Source: Laetmonice hystrix
Lineage: Eukaryota
DNA length: 64,000 nucleotides
Assembly (NCBI GenBank): GCA_965235115.1
Contig: OZ249446.1
Location: forward strand, 12,958,001 to 13,022,000
Reading direction: 5' to 3'
Below the pieces are notes generated by a model. That model saw nothing but the letters and a program-made list of their open reading frames with translations. It had not been told where the DNA came from and searched no databases. Shown here in pieces: positions 63,922 through 64,000 of the stretch (position 1 is the stretch's first letter; each line of letters opens with the position of its first letter). The translations under genes were made by a program, and so were the position numbers.

Positions 63922-64000
63922 CCGTCAAACGCCACCTGTGGATCTCTCCGTGCTAAATCTACAATCCTGCCTCGACCCACGCTTCGATATTACGGAACCA

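Overview
This is animal genomic DNA: roughly 40% GC by eye, with spliceosomal introns and dense transposon relics. It is plausibly a marine invertebrate such as an echinoderm, but that is inference only. One protein-coding gene can be reconstructed: a + strand LYPD6/LYPD6B-like three-finger (Ly6/uPAR) gene, CDS join(26154..26277,31633..31713,51635..51774,57481..57714). It encodes 192 aa with a 12-Cys LU domain and intron phases 1,1,0. The three LU-domain exons are well supported; the signal-peptide exon is a good candidate. Most of the rest is intronic or intergenic, filled with heavily decayed LINE (CR1/L2/RTE-like), Ty3/Gypsy and DIRS/Ngaro-type fragments, plus a few structurally clean MITE-like elements. 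These relic assignments are by-eye motif matches with approximate borders. I found no rRNA, tRNA, CRISPR array, intact transposase or polyprotein, or new multi-gene system. The best leads concern the Ly6 gene: loss of the LRP6-binding NxI motif, competing in-frame splice donors, two possible signal peptides, an atypical C-terminal anchor, a ~120-nt fold-back in the probable 3' UTR, and candidate regulatory motifs (perfect DR4, RFX X-boxes, polarised CTCF-like motifs).
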